Of a stretch of 64,000 nucleotides of DNA, positions 28,748-38,492 are shown piece after piece. Each line of letters opens with the position of its first letter. Positions within the stretch are counted from its first letter, which is position 1. Both the position numbers and the translations under genes were made by a program. Source of the stretch: a virus; IMG/VR virus record IMGVR_UViG_3300020394_000003, positions 97,705-161,704 of that record. One strand, written 5' to 3'. Below the pieces are notes generated by a model that saw only the letters and a program-made list of their open reading frames with translations, ran no database searches and was not told the DNA's origin.

Positions 28748-31702
28748 ATGTCTGTAAAGAAGTACAAATTCGTCTCCCCCGGTATTTTTATCAAGGAAGT
28801 CGATCAGTCATTTAGAACACCCGCAGCCCCACAGGTTGGGCCTGTAATTATTGGACGAACCCGAATGGGCCCCGCAATGCGCCCTGTCCGTGTCGAATCG
28901 TTTGGAGATTTCGTCAAAACTTTCGGTAACCCAGTATCTGGATTTGCTGGTGGCGACCTATGGAGAGACGGAAACTTAGGTGGTCCGACCTATGCCGCAT
29001 ATGCAGCACAGGCCTACCTATCGGCACAAGTTGGCCCCGTAACAATGATGAGGCTACTAGGTGTTGAGCACGCTAACCAGTCTTCAAACGCTACCAAAGC
29101 CGGCTGGACCACTGATGCTACCCATAACGAGGACTACGCATCCAATGGTGGTGCTTATGGACTGTTCTTATTCAACTCTGGTTCCGGTGGAGACAGTGGG
29201 ACAACTATCGGAGATGCAGGCGCAAACCCAGCGAAAGGTACTCTAGCTGCAGTTTGGTATCTCAACGAGGGAATGATTACCCTCAAGGGTGAAGGCCGCG
29301 AAAATAGAGATGGTACAATTACAGGCTCTGCAGGACTTCTTCGCACCAACTCATCAAACGTCGCAGATCACGAACTTCGTGCAGAAATTTACAACTCCTC
29401 TGGTGCCAAGGTCCATGAAACGAGCTTCAACTTTAACCGTTCATCCGACCTTTACATTCGTAAAGTGTTCAACACGAACCCGCAGAAGTTAAGTGGATAT
29501 GCTTATAGTGCCAGTGATCGCGAAACATATTTCCTAGGACAGACCTACGATCAAAGTGTCGCAACCACAATTACTGGCTCGTCAAACGCCCATAACCTTG
29601 GAATGATCGCTGGCCTCAAGCTAGGCGGCGGCAGCACTGGTTATCACGACCAGAATTTTGCATATACTAACAGTAAGACCGGTTGGATCGTATCGCAAGA
29701 TATGGGAACAGCTGCTAACTTTAGTGTTTCCGACAAGCAGAAGCTTTTCCGCCTTGTTGGTCTTGAAGGCGGAACCTCAGTTCAAAGAAGATTTAAGGTA
29801 TCTATCGAAGATATTAAGGCTTCTTCAAATGAGGATGTTAACCCATACGGTACCTTCTCAGTTGTCCTTAGATCAATTAGCGATAGCGATAACAATGTAC
29901 AGGTCGTAGAAAGATATTCCGGCCTAAACCTCAACCCCCAGTCAGAAAATTACATCGCTAAACAAATTGGTGATTCCTTCATGACATGGGATGAGACTGC
30001 TAGCCGATACCGCGAGTACGGTGATTTTGCTAACCGCTCAACCTATATTCGTGTTGAGATGTCTAGTGATGTCGAGAACGGTTCAACCGATCCAAGATTA
30101 CTACCATTCGGTGTAATCGGGCATCCTCGACCTATTAGTTTCCGACTTATCGGAGCAGATAGTAGCAATGGAGATACCCTTGCCCGCGCTGTGCTAGCAA
30201 GTGCAACAGCCTATTCTGGTTCTGTTCAGTCTGCAGCATATATTCTGGGACATAACAACATTCCACACTCCTTAGTCACTGGCTCAGGTCACGCAAACAA
30301 CACCTTTAAGGTGTGGGGTGATTTCACGGGCTCAGTCGAGTTCCCCGGCTTGATGATGCGCTCTTCCTCTCTCGATGGTGGACTCGCAGACCAGACCAAC
30401 GCTTACTTCGGCGTCAGTACTAACCGCTCTGGCAGTACCCTCTACGACGAAAGTGTTGTGGACTACCTGCTTCCAATTGATGAGAGCTTCAAGGCCGCAT
30501 ATGACTTCAATAACACGTCGACCGAAGCGTCTTACCTCTTCTCACTTGATGATTTGGCTTACGATACTGATAAGGCTTGCGTCAACTGGGTTTCCGGTTC
30601 CCGCGCTAGTCAGTACTCTGTCACGGCAATTTCTTCATCGACCCTAGGAAACTACGGATACCAGTCGATCCTTGATTTGGGATATGACCGTTTCACAACA
30701 GTATTCGCTGGTGGTGCTGATGGTGTTGATATTACAGAAATGGAGCCATTTGCTAATGCAATCCTCGCGGACACGACTGAATTTAGTCACTACGCATACA
30801 ACACTATTAAGCGCGCCCTAAGAGCAGTCGCCGATCCTGAGTTTGTTGAAATGAATCTTCTATCTCTTCCCGGCGTTACTAACACAGATCTTACTAAGAT
30901 GGCTACAGAAGTCTGCGAAGAGCGCGGTGATGCATTGGCTATTATTGACCTTACGGGCGATTACACACCAAAGACAGAATCCACCGATTCAGTGGCCAAC
31001 CGACGAGGCTCCGTCAGTACCGCGGTCTCGAACCTCAAGGATCGTCGCATGAACACCAGCTACGGTGCATGCTACTACCCATGGGTTCAGATTCAGGATA
31101 CTGTAGACAGCAATGTTCTTTGGGCCCCACCCTCGGTTGCTGCAATGGGCGTGCTAGCCTCTTCTGAAAGAGCTTCTGAAGTTTGGTTCGCCCCTGCTGG
31201 ATTCAACAGAGGTGGCCTTACCGACGGTGCAGCTGGAATTCCAGTTGTCGGCGTCCGCCAGAGGCTTTCAAAGAAGGATCGCGACGACCTTTACGAGAAC
31301 ATGATTAACCCAATTGCCAAGTTCCCATCAGAAGGAATTGTGGTCTTCGGTCAGAAGACACTACAGGCAAGGGCATCTGCTCTAGACCGTATCAATGTCC
31401 GTCGCCTCATGATTTACCTCAAGAAAGAGGTGTCCAGAAAGGCCACACAGGTTCTGTTCGACCAGAACGTCGAGGCCACATGGAACAGATTCAAGGCGCT
31501 AGTTAACCCACTTCTTGCAAGTGTTAAGTCTAGCTTTGGACTCACCGAGTATCGTTTGATTCTTGATGAGACCACTACAACGCCTGACTTGATTGATCAG
31601 AACGTCCTGTACGCCAAGATCCTACTCAAGCCAGCAAGAGCTATCGAGTACATCGCCATCGATTTCAACATCATGCCAACAGGCGCATCTTTCGATGACT
31701 AA
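28748..31702 (+). CDS. Contractile tail sheath protein (T4 gp18-like)
   Basis: SPGIFIKEVD, YYPWV, WFAPAGFNRG, INVRRLMIYL, PARAIEYI. Confidence 0.95.
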   Translation: MSVKKYKFVSPGIFIKEVDQSFRTPAAPQVGPVIIGRTRMGPAMRPVRVESFGDFVKTFGNPVSGFAGGDLWRDGNLGGPTYAAYAAQAYLSAQVGPVTMMRLLGVEHANQSSNATKAGWTTDATHNEDYASNGGAYGLFLFNSGSGGDSGTTIGDAGANPAKGTLAAVWYLNEGMITLKGEGRENRDGTITGSAGLLRTNSSNVADHELRAEIYNSSGAKVHETSFNFNRSSDLYIRKVFNTNPQKLSGYAYSASDRETYFLGQTYDQSVATTITGSSNAHNLGMIAGLKLGGGSTGYHDQNFAYTNSKTGWIVSQDMGTAANFSVSDKQKLFRLVGLEGGTSVQRRFKVSIEDIKASSNEDVNPYGTFSVVLRSISDSDNNVQVVERYSGLNLNPQSENYIAKQIGDSFMTWDETASRYREYGDFANRSTYIRVEMSSDVENGSTDPRLLPFGVIGHPRPISFRLIGADSSNGDTLARAVLASATAYSGSVQSAAYILGHNNIPHSLVTGSGHANNTFKVWGDFTGSVEFPGLMMRSSSLDGGLADQTNAYFGVSTNRSGSTLYDESVVDYLLPIDESFKAAYDFNNTSTEASYLFSLDDLAYDTDKACVNWVSGSRASQYSVTAISSSTLGNYGYQSILDLGYDRFTTVFAGGADGVDITEMEPFANAILADTTEFSHYAYNTIKRALRAVADPEFVEMNLLSLPGVTNTDLTKMATEVCEERGDALAIIDLTGDYTPKTESTDSVANRRGSVSTAVSNLKDRRMNTSYGACYYPWVQIQDTVDSNVLWAPPSVAAMGVLASSERASEVWFAPAGFNRGGLTDGAAGIPVVGVRQRLSKKDRDDLYENMINPIAKFPSEGIVVFGQKTLQARASALDRINVRRLMIYLKKEVSRKATQVLFDQNVEATWNRFKALVNPLLASVKSSFGLTEYRLILDETTTTPDLIDQNVLYAKILLKPARAIEYIAIDFNIMPTGASFDD

Positions 31703-31737
31703 AAAAGGCGAAAATAATCTGCAAATTAGATTTCAAT

Positions 31738-31745
31738 ACTATATA
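31738..31745 (+). promoter_or_regulatory. Putative late promoter variant ACTATATA
   Basis: Intergenic, before the tube gene. Confidence 0.55.
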
Positions 31746-31767
31746 ATTGTAAAGGAGACATTGAAAA

Positions 31768-32433
31768 ATGGGATTTTGGACTAAAAGTAAAGGCGAGCTA
31801 GGCCGTGACCCGAAAAGAGGTTATAGGTTTACCGTACAAATTACAAACATGGCAGGTAACGACCCGTCATCAGGTGGAGGTATCTTGTGGTATGCAAAGA
31901 CGGCAGATAAGCCAAACTTTGAAATCAGCACCACGGAGCACATGTATCTAAATCACAAGTTTAACTACCCCGGTAGAACAACTTGGTCTCCAGTAGCAAT
32001 TAAACTAGTAGACCCCACCGATCCCGATATTGCAGCGTCCCTCTCCGATATCATCAGTGCAGCAGGGTACCACCCACCCTCCGACGTAAACGACCACACA
32101 TCAATGCAGAAGGCTCTTGCCACAGCTGCCTTGGGTGATGTCATTATTACGCAGATTGACTCTGATGGTAACGCTCTTGAGAAGTGGACACTGTATAACG
32201 GATGGATTTCTAAGGTCAACTACGGCTCATTAGACTACAGTTCTGATGACCTTACTGAGCTTGAGATTGAGATTGTGTATGACTGGGCTTCCCTTGAGAC
32301 ACCCGCTACAGACGGTAGTTCCTATGCAGGCACCGAGGCTGTTGGTGTGGGCGACAAGAGAAAGTTCTGGCAGACCGACGGTTCTTCCGATCCGAACCCA
32401 TCCGATGGTGGTGGACCCGGCTTCGGCGTTTAA
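31768..32433 (+). CDS. Tail tube protein (T4 gp19-like)
   Basis: Follows the sheath; PK..YRF, PGRTTW, W.L...W......LDYSSD...YDWA. Confidence 0.9.
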   Translation: MGFWTKSKGELGRDPKRGYRFTVQITNMAGNDPSSGGGILWYAKTADKPNFEISTTEHMYLNHKFNYPGRTTWSPVAIKLVDPTDPDIAASLSDIISAAGYHPPSDVNDHTSMQKALATAALGDVIITQIDSDGNALEKWTLYNGWISKVNYGSLDYSSDDLTELEIEIVYDWASLETPATDGSSYAGTEAVGVGDKRKFWQTDGSSDPNPSDGGGPGFGV

Positions 32434-32468
32434 CATTAAAGACATTATAACGAAAAGAGAGGTGATAT

Positions 32469-33359
32469 TTGTCTAGAAATAATGAAGATCGGTTAACTCC
32501 AACTACAGGAGCTAGCCAAGATGCAGCTACAGAGACACCCCCTCCCACGACGAACACAGAGAACGAAGCATCTGCTAACAGCGGTGCTTCCTTTTCTTTT
32601 GTGACGCCAACGGAGTTTGTAGAGTTGCCATCGAAAGGAGAGTTTTACCCAGAAGGGCACCCCTTGCACGGCGTAGAGACTGTCGAAATTCGACACATGA
32701 CCGCCAAAGATGAGGATATCCTTACATCAAAGACTCTACTGAAAAAGGGTGTTGCACTAGATCGAATGATCAAGAATTTAATGGTTGACAAGCGAGTTGA
32801 TATTGAGAGCCTACTTGTAGGTGATAAAAACGCAATTATCGTCACAGCTAGAAAGAGTGGTTATGGCTCTGATTATTCTACAAATGTAACTTGTCCTAGT
32901 TGCGGTACTCATCAGGTTGCTTCGTTCGATTTGGACGAGACAGAAGTTACTGATGTTAGGATCTACGAGACCTTGCCCTCGGTTACTCGCGATGGAAACT
33001 ATTTTGATATTGAACTACCCCGTAGCATGGTTACTGTTCGCACCAGAATGCTCACGGGAGTTGACGAGGCTCGAATTGCCAGAAACCAAAGAATGGCCAA
33101 GAAAAATGGAGTAAACACGGAACAGACACTGACAGGCCAGTTCCGAAACTTTATTGTAGCAGTTAACGGAGATACCACACAGAGGAGTATCGCCACATTC
33201 ATCGATAATATGCCAGCAGCAGATTCCCGATTCCTGCGCACGGTATATAAAACGATTACGCCGAATATTGATATGAATATGACGTTTGAATGCAATACAT
33301 GCGATTATGATTCTGTGATGGAGGTGCCGTTTACTGCGGACTTTTTTTGGCCTAAGTGA
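32469..33359 (+). CDS. Baseplate hub/tail assembly chaperone (T4 gp26-like)
   Basis: VELPSKG, MTAKDEDIL, CPSC and CNTC Zn motifs, ends FFWPK. Confidence 0.8.
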   Translation: MSRNNEDRLTPTTGASQDAATETPPPTTNTENEASANSGASFSFVTPTEFVELPSKGEFYPEGHPLHGVETVEIRHMTAKDEDILTSKTLLKKGVALDRMIKNLMVDKRVDIESLLVGDKNAIIVTARKSGYGSDYSTNVTCPSCGTHQVASFDLDETEVTDVRIYETLPSVTRDGNYFDIELPRSMVTVRTRMLTGVDEARIARNQRMAKKNGVNTEQTLTGQFRNFIVAVNGDTTQRSIATFIDNMPAADSRFLRTVYKTITPNIDMNMTFECNTCDYDSVMEVPFTADFFWPK

Positions 33360-33366
33360 TGATTAC

Positions 33367-33528
33367 ATGGAAGGCGTGTACGAATCCTTTTTCTTCTTGA
33401 AATACAAGGGAGGATGGAGTTTTACAGAGGCGTATAGCCTTCCAGTGGGCCTTAGAACATGGTTTGTAGAAAGATTAATAAAACAACTAGAGTCCGAAGC
33501 TAAAGCTTACGAAAAAGCTAACAGATAA
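33367..33528 (+). CDS. 53-aa tail chaperone extension ORF (MEGVYESFFFLKYKGGWSFTEAYSLPVGLRTWFVERL...), possibly expressed by frameshift
   Basis: W....Y.LP...R.WF motif typical of tail assembly chaperone C-terminal segments; no clear RBS; frame open through the T7 run at 33342. Confidence 0.7.
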   Translation: MEGVYESFFFLKYKGGWSFTEAYSLPVGLRTWFVERLIKQLESEAKAYEKANR

Positions 33529-33591
33529 AACAAGCTTGGTCTCTCCCTTCACACCCACCCTCACATGTTTTATTGATTGTATCTGCGACTT

Positions 33592-33625
33592 AAGGCCGGG
33601 AGGAAACTCCCGGCTTTATTTTTTT
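33592..33625 (+). terminator. Rho-independent terminator
   Basis: AAGGCCGGGAG-GAAA-CTCCCGGCTTT followed by a T tract. Confidence 0.88.
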
Positions 33626-33630
33626 AAAAT

Positions 33631-33638
33631 ACTAATTA
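33631..33638 (+). promoter_or_regulatory. Putative late promoter ACTAATTA
   Basis: Directly after terminator 33592-33625. Confidence 0.65.
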
Positions 33639-33669
33639 CTTACAGTATGCTGTGGAGTGCGTATAAAAT

Positions 33670-34017
33670 ATGTCAAAAATTAACGAAGATAAGCTAGAAA
33701 ATGAAGTTGTAATCGACTTCAATCAGTTGCGAGATCCTGAACTAAAAGAAAGCTTTTTGGCTAGCTTTGGTAACATGGTCAAGGGTCTACTTAAAGCAAT
33801 ATTTGGCTCCGGCCCACCACCCAAAACAACGGTGATGGGCAAGCCTAAAGAGATTGATGCATTTGCCAAGGCTCTCCGCGCCGAACGCGGGTACCTTAGC
33901 ACCTTGCAGAAATATGATCTAGATCATCCTAGGACACACAGGAATAAAGCAAAGCTTAAGAACAGCGTAAAGAAATTTGAGAGAGATACGGGCGTAAAAT
34001 GGCCGTTTGAAGTATAG
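33670..34017 (+). CDS. Hypothetical protein preceding the tape measure gene
   Basis: 115 aa; late motif at 33631; GGAG RBS. Confidence 0.65.
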   Translation: MSKINEDKLENEVVIDFNQLRDPELKESFLASFGNMVKGLLKAIFGSGPPPKTTVMGKPKEIDAFAKALRAERGYLSTLQKYDLDHPRTHRNKAKLKNSVKKFERDTGVKWPFEV

Positions 34018-34030
34018 GGGGTATTAGCAA

Positions 34031-37000
34031 ATGGCTAATGGCGAAGACGACGGACAAGGCGGCGCACCACAGGAGACTATGGCTCAGGCCAAAGCGCGTG
34101 TGGCTGCGGAAAAAGAACTCAATAAAACCGCCGCCGAGCGTATACAGTCTTATCGTGAACAAAATGCAATCCTACAGCGCTCATCGGAGACGCTGCAGGA
34201 GATCGATAACATTGAGATGTCCTCAACCCGCCGCGCCGCCCGTCGAAATGAACTAGCCAACACAAAGAAGCAGATTCTTCTAAATCAACTCAAGATTCAA
34301 GAGGAGATTGAGGAACAGCTGAAAAAGAATGGCCAGTGGCTGGGTGAATCAATAAGAGAGCATGAAGCAAAGCTTGCTGAGATTAAAAAAGGACTAGCAG
34401 CGCTAGAAGCTCAAGAGAGGGTTACAAGGGGGGCTGCTGAAGCCACCGCTGATATGACCTCCGCATTTATGGCCATGGCAGGCATCAGCGGAGAGATGAA
34501 CTTAACTGCTAAATTCGGCGCTTTCATGGCTGAAGCTGGCGATCTAAAAACCGCATTCGGCGAGCTTCTTGATGAAATGAATCGCTCGATTGACGCCGGA
34601 ATGGTGTTGCAGGCCGCAGGCTCAAAAATGAGTCAAGGAATTATGGGCATCGGCGCGATGATGATCGAGCAGGCCATGGCCTTAGACACCACAGAGGCGA
34701 GTATTCGTCGCACAATGGGCGTCAATAAGGAATATGCTAGCAGCGTTAGAGACGTGTATCAGGCCAATAAAATTAATGGTATTACAGCGCAGGAAGCCGG
34801 CGCCTCGTTCGAAGCTTTGCACTCTGATATGGCCGTCTTCTCTCAGCTAAACAAAGCACAGAGAACGCAGATTACAGAAACTGCCGCACAACTGTCAAAA
34901 TTAGGAGTCTCCAACGCTTCCTTTGCCGGTGGTATGGATATGTCCACAAAAGCCCTGCGAATGACGGCTGATGAAGCCAGAAGAACACAGACTGACCTAG
35001 CTAGATTTTCTGGAGAGTTAGGGATTGCTCCAGAAGTGATGGCACAGGGGTTTGCCAACGCAGGCCCAGTCTTAGCTAAGTTTGGAGATAATGCTACCGT
35101 AGCTTTCAAGAACGTTGCTAAGACTGCTAAGGAAACTGGTATTGAGATTGATCGAATTTTGGACTATACCAAGCAGTTTGATACCTTTGAGGGTGCCGCC
35201 GAGCGTGTAGGCTCTCTGAACGCGATGCTGGGTGGAGACTTTATTAATGCAATGGACCTGATGGCTACAGAAGATCCGGCAGAGCGTATGAAGATGATCA
35301 CTGATGCAGTACACTCCGCTGGTAAAAGCTTTGAAGAGATGGGCTACTATGAGAAACTAGCATTAGCCGAAGCTGGTGGTTTCGCTGATGTGGCTGAGCT
35401 TTCAAGAGCAATGTCAGGAGACATGTCTGATAACGCGACTTCAACTAAAGAAAATGCAATGTCCCAAGAAGAACTGGCAGAAATGAACAGGACAAACATG
35501 GACTTAATGCAAAAAATGCAAGCGACCATGGCAGAACTAGCACCGAGTATTATGGGAATCATTGACTCACTGAATACGCTGATGATTCCAATTATGGCGT
35601 TTGTGGATACTTTTGGATTTCTTGTTCTACCACTGTTGATCGCTGCTCGCATATACTTTTTTGCCCTTCAAATGCAACACATGGCCAACGTTCGTGCAAA
35701 CACTGCAATGGAGCTAGCGGAAAGGAGGGCTGCTGCAGCAAAAGCTGCATCAAACGCCGCAACCCAAGCTCAAAGCGCTAGCGAAGCGGCCAATACCGCC
35801 GCTAAGGGTGCAAACACGACTGCTGTTGGTGCAAACTCTGCCGCTGAGCAAGCGAATACAGCCGCTACTGGTGCCAACACTGTAGCTGAAGGGGCCAACA
35901 CAGGGGCCGTAGGAGTTAACACGGCAGCAGAAGCCGCTAATACAGCGGCCACAGGTGCCAATACGGTTGCTGAAGGCGCCAATACTGCCGCAGCCGGCGC
36001 AAATACGGCAGCACAAAATCTAAATAATATCGCACTAATTAAGGGCAAAATCGCTACGGTTGCTAGTACTGTAGCAAGAGGCGCCAACTCAGCAGCCACC
36101 TTTATAGCTGCCACTGCTACAGGAGCCTACAATATTGCTTTAGGTATTGGTAAGGTAGTATCGTGGGCCATGACAGCTGCAACAACCGCATTCGGCATCT
36201 CTTTGACAGCCGCAACGGGTGGTTTAATTTTAGTTGTACCGCTGATTATTGGCCTTGTAGCTGGAGCAGTAGCACTGGTCAAGAAATTTGGATTAGCAAA
36301 AGTAATAATGTATGGTTTTGGTGCTGCTTTGTTATATGCCCTAGGACCGATTGGGTTAGTGATTGGCGCAGTGATAATGATCGTTAAATATTGGGACGAA
36401 ATCAAAGCCGCCCTTTCCAAAGTGGGAGACAAGATAAAAGCAATTGGCAAGATGATTTACGATGCTACAGCAGGCGTGATGATAGCAGCAAAAGAAAAGA
36501 TAGTAGGAGTACTAGTCAGTATTAAAGACTTCTTTGTTCAGAACTGGGAAAGAATCAAAGCAGTTTCTATTGCTGCGCTGCAGATTATCGCCCGAGTTAT
36601 TGCTGCCGTCATGACTGGCGGCTGGTCACTGGCATTCGAATTTGTCTATCGCAAATGGGACACACTTAAGGGTTATGTTACTGGATGGTTCACTTGGATG
36701 AAGAATAAACTAACTGGTGTCGGTGCAGCAATCGCACGCGTTATGGGTAACATTGTCAAATCGCCGTTCAGAATAGTGGCCAAGGTTATCAACGCAGCGC
36801 TAGCCGGCATTGAAAAAGTATTGACTATTCGAATCAGGGTACCCAAGATTCTTCCCGGTCCATCAAAGTGGTCAATCGGGCCTCCGAATCTTGGCAGAAT
36901 TCCGATGCTCGCGATGGGTACTGAAAACTTCGAAGGTGGTCAGGCTATTGTCGGTGAGCAAGGACCGGAGCTTGTTAACATGCCCAAGGGCGCACAAGTC

Positions 37001-37258
37001 GAACCGGCTAATAAAACAAAAGCTATGGCAGAAACTCTCAAAATGGTTGCTAGCACAACCAAGAAGATTGCTGGCGCTTTGAGCATTGTGGGGGTTCCCG
37101 GTGCAGGAGCAGCTGAAAAAGCCCTTGGCGCCGTTGCTGGCAAAGGACAATCTGGACAGCCAGTGACAATAAATGTTACTTTAGAACTAGATAAGAGAGT
37201 ACTGGCAAACCATGTCGAGGAAGTAATGCTCGATAAACTCAACCCAGCAAACGCATAG
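34031..37258 (+). CDS. Tail tape measure protein
   Basis: 1075 aa, Ala-rich helical, hydrophobic segments, Trp-spaced repeats, C-terminal IPMLA.G......AIVGEQGPELV motif. Confidence 0.88.
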   Translation: MANGEDDGQGGAPQETMAQAKARVAAEKELNKTAAERIQSYREQNAILQRSSETLQEIDNIEMSSTRRAARRNELANTKKQILLNQLKIQEEIEEQLKKNGQWLGESIREHEAKLAEIKKGLAALEAQERVTRGAAEATADMTSAFMAMAGISGEMNLTAKFGAFMAEAGDLKTAFGELLDEMNRSIDAGMVLQAAGSKMSQGIMGIGAMMIEQAMALDTTEASIRRTMGVNKEYASSVRDVYQANKINGITAQEAGASFEALHSDMAVFSQLNKAQRTQITETAAQLSKLGVSNASFAGGMDMSTKALRMTADEARRTQTDLARFSGELGIAPEVMAQGFANAGPVLAKFGDNATVAFKNVAKTAKETGIEIDRILDYTKQFDTFEGAAERVGSLNAMLGGDFINAMDLMATEDPAERMKMITDAVHSAGKSFEEMGYYEKLALAEAGGFADVAELSRAMSGDMSDNATSTKENAMSQEELAEMNRTNMDLMQKMQATMAELAPSIMGIIDSLNTLMIPIMAFVDTFGFLVLPLLIAARIYFFALQMQHMANVRANTAMELAERRAAAAKAASNAATQAQSASEAANTAAKGANTTAVGANSAAEQANTAATGANTVAEGANTGAVGVNTAAEAANTAATGANTVAEGANTAAAGANTAAQNLNNIALIKGKIATVASTVARGANSAATFIAATATGAYNIALGIGKVVSWAMTAATTAFGISLTAATGGLILVVPLIIGLVAGAVALVKKFGLAKVIMYGFGAALLYALGPIGLVIGAVIMIVKYWDEIKAALSKVGDKIKAIGKMIYDATAGVMIAAKEKIVGVLVSIKDFFVQNWERIKAVSIAALQIIARVIAAVMTGGWSLAFEFVYRKWDTLKGYVTGWFTWMKNKLTGVGAAIARVMGNIVKSPFRIVAKVINAALAGIEKVLTIRIRVPKILPGPSKWSIGPPNLGRIPMLAMGTENFEGGQAIVGEQGPELVNMPKGAQVEPANKTKAMAETLKMVASTTKKIAGALSIVGVPGAGAAEKALGAVAGKGQSGQPVTINVTLELDKRVLANHVEEVMLDKLNPANA
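35789..36019 (+). repeat. Eleven tandem 21-bp (7-aa, ANTxxxx) repeats inside the tape measure gene
   Basis: ANTAAKG ANTTAVG ANSAAEQ ANTAATG ANTVAEG ANTGAVG VNTAAEA ANTAATG ANTVAEG ANTAAAG ANTAAQN. Confidence 0.9.
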
Positions 37259-37270
37259 GAGAAAATGTAA

Positions 37271-38116
37271 GTGGGATTTTTCGATAAACTTAATGATCAG
37301 GAAAGAAACAGGGAGGCGCTTTTTGATTCCGGCTTAGGAAGCGATGCATCGGATTCGTATGCAAACCTGAACCAGCTTTATATTGAGTTTTACCATGTTC
37401 CTACCAACAGGAGCGTTACGTTCAAAGCTTACATTAAAGAGTGGTCAGACAAATTCGATTCCAGCTATAAATCAGAAGATGTTTATGGTAGAAATGATCC
37501 GATCCACACATTTCAGGGTACTAGCAGAGAAATCTCCTTGGGCTGGCAATGTGTCGCAGCGTCTTCAGGAGAGGCGACTGAAAACTTAGCCAGAGTCTCA
37601 ATGCTAGCTCAGTATCTGTATCCCTCTTATAACGTCCAAGATTTCAACTTTGCGGGTGAGTCCCTAGCAGTAGGAACCATGACTAAAGCACCGCTTATTA
37701 AGGTAAGGTTTGCCAATTTGATTGTCGATGCAGAGAATGGAAACTTGGCCACTATAGATGCAAAAACTGGAGGCTTATTATGCGCAATGACCGGTCTAAA
37801 CATATCAGCAGATTTTGATGCGGGCGTGGTTGATGGTTATGGCTTATCCACACCAAAAGTCATAGAGTTATCTACAACGCTGAAGGTGCTTCACCAGCAT
37901 CCGCTTGGTTGGGATCAAAATAAAAACTGGATGGGCGGCAATGATGGGTTTCCATACAATACTTTTGGTGATGGAAGCGCAACTCCTGACCATATTGAAG
38001 ATCGATACATCGGCATCGGCACAAGAGGTTCCGGCACCGGCCGAGCAACCCCACGAACAACCCCACCAGCACCTTCCGGCGCCGGGATTCCCGGGGTAGA
38101 TCCGAGCAACCCATAG
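37271..38116 (+). CDS. Baseplate/tail-tube initiator protein (gp48/gp54-like)
   Basis: F.AYI....D.F......VYGRNDP..TFQGTSR.I and P.I.VRFANL pattern; follows the tape measure gene. Confidence 0.65.
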   Translation: MGFFDKLNDQERNREALFDSGLGSDASDSYANLNQLYIEFYHVPTNRSVTFKAYIKEWSDKFDSSYKSEDVYGRNDPIHTFQGTSREISLGWQCVAASSGEATENLARVSMLAQYLYPSYNVQDFNFAGESLAVGTMTKAPLIKVRFANLIVDAENGNLATIDAKTGGLLCAMTGLNISADFDAGVVDGYGLSTPKVIELSTTLKVLHQHPLGWDQNKNWMGGNDGFPYNTFGDGSATPDHIEDRYIGIGTRGSGTGRATPRTTPPAPSGAGIPGVDPSNP

Positions 38117-38126
38117 GAGTTAAAAA

Positions 38127-38492
38127 ATGAGCAATAGGTATAATGGTCGCCGACAAAAAACTACGGATAAAAGCACACATAAAGATCTAGTCGATAATAG
38201 AGATGTGGGGCAAATTAGACATTTTACGACTCCTAGATTGGCTCATCCCACAGTACAAGAACGAGAAAGTTTGACTGAAACCGTGCATGTTTGGTCGACT
38301 GGCGACAGGTTTTATAAACTAGCACACAAATATTACGGCGATTCAAGGTATTGGTGGATCATCGCATGGTGGAACCTGCGGCCGACTGAAGGACATTTGA
38401 CACTAGGAGAAGGTGTTCGTATTCCGGGCCCTCTACCACAAGTTATAAGCATCCTTAAGTATAGAAACCGCGGTGGTCGAGGAGGCTACTAG
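38127..38492 (+). CDS. LysM-like baseplate protein (gp53/tail X-like)
   Basis: GDRFYKLAHKYYGDSRYWWIIAWWN...G...RIP. Confidence 0.8.
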   Translation: MSNRYNGRRQKTTDKSTHKDLVDNRDVGQIRHFTTPRLAHPTVQERESLTETVHVWSTGDRFYKLAHKYYGDSRYWWIIAWWNLRPTEGHLTLGEGVRIPGPLPQVISILKYRNRGGRGGY

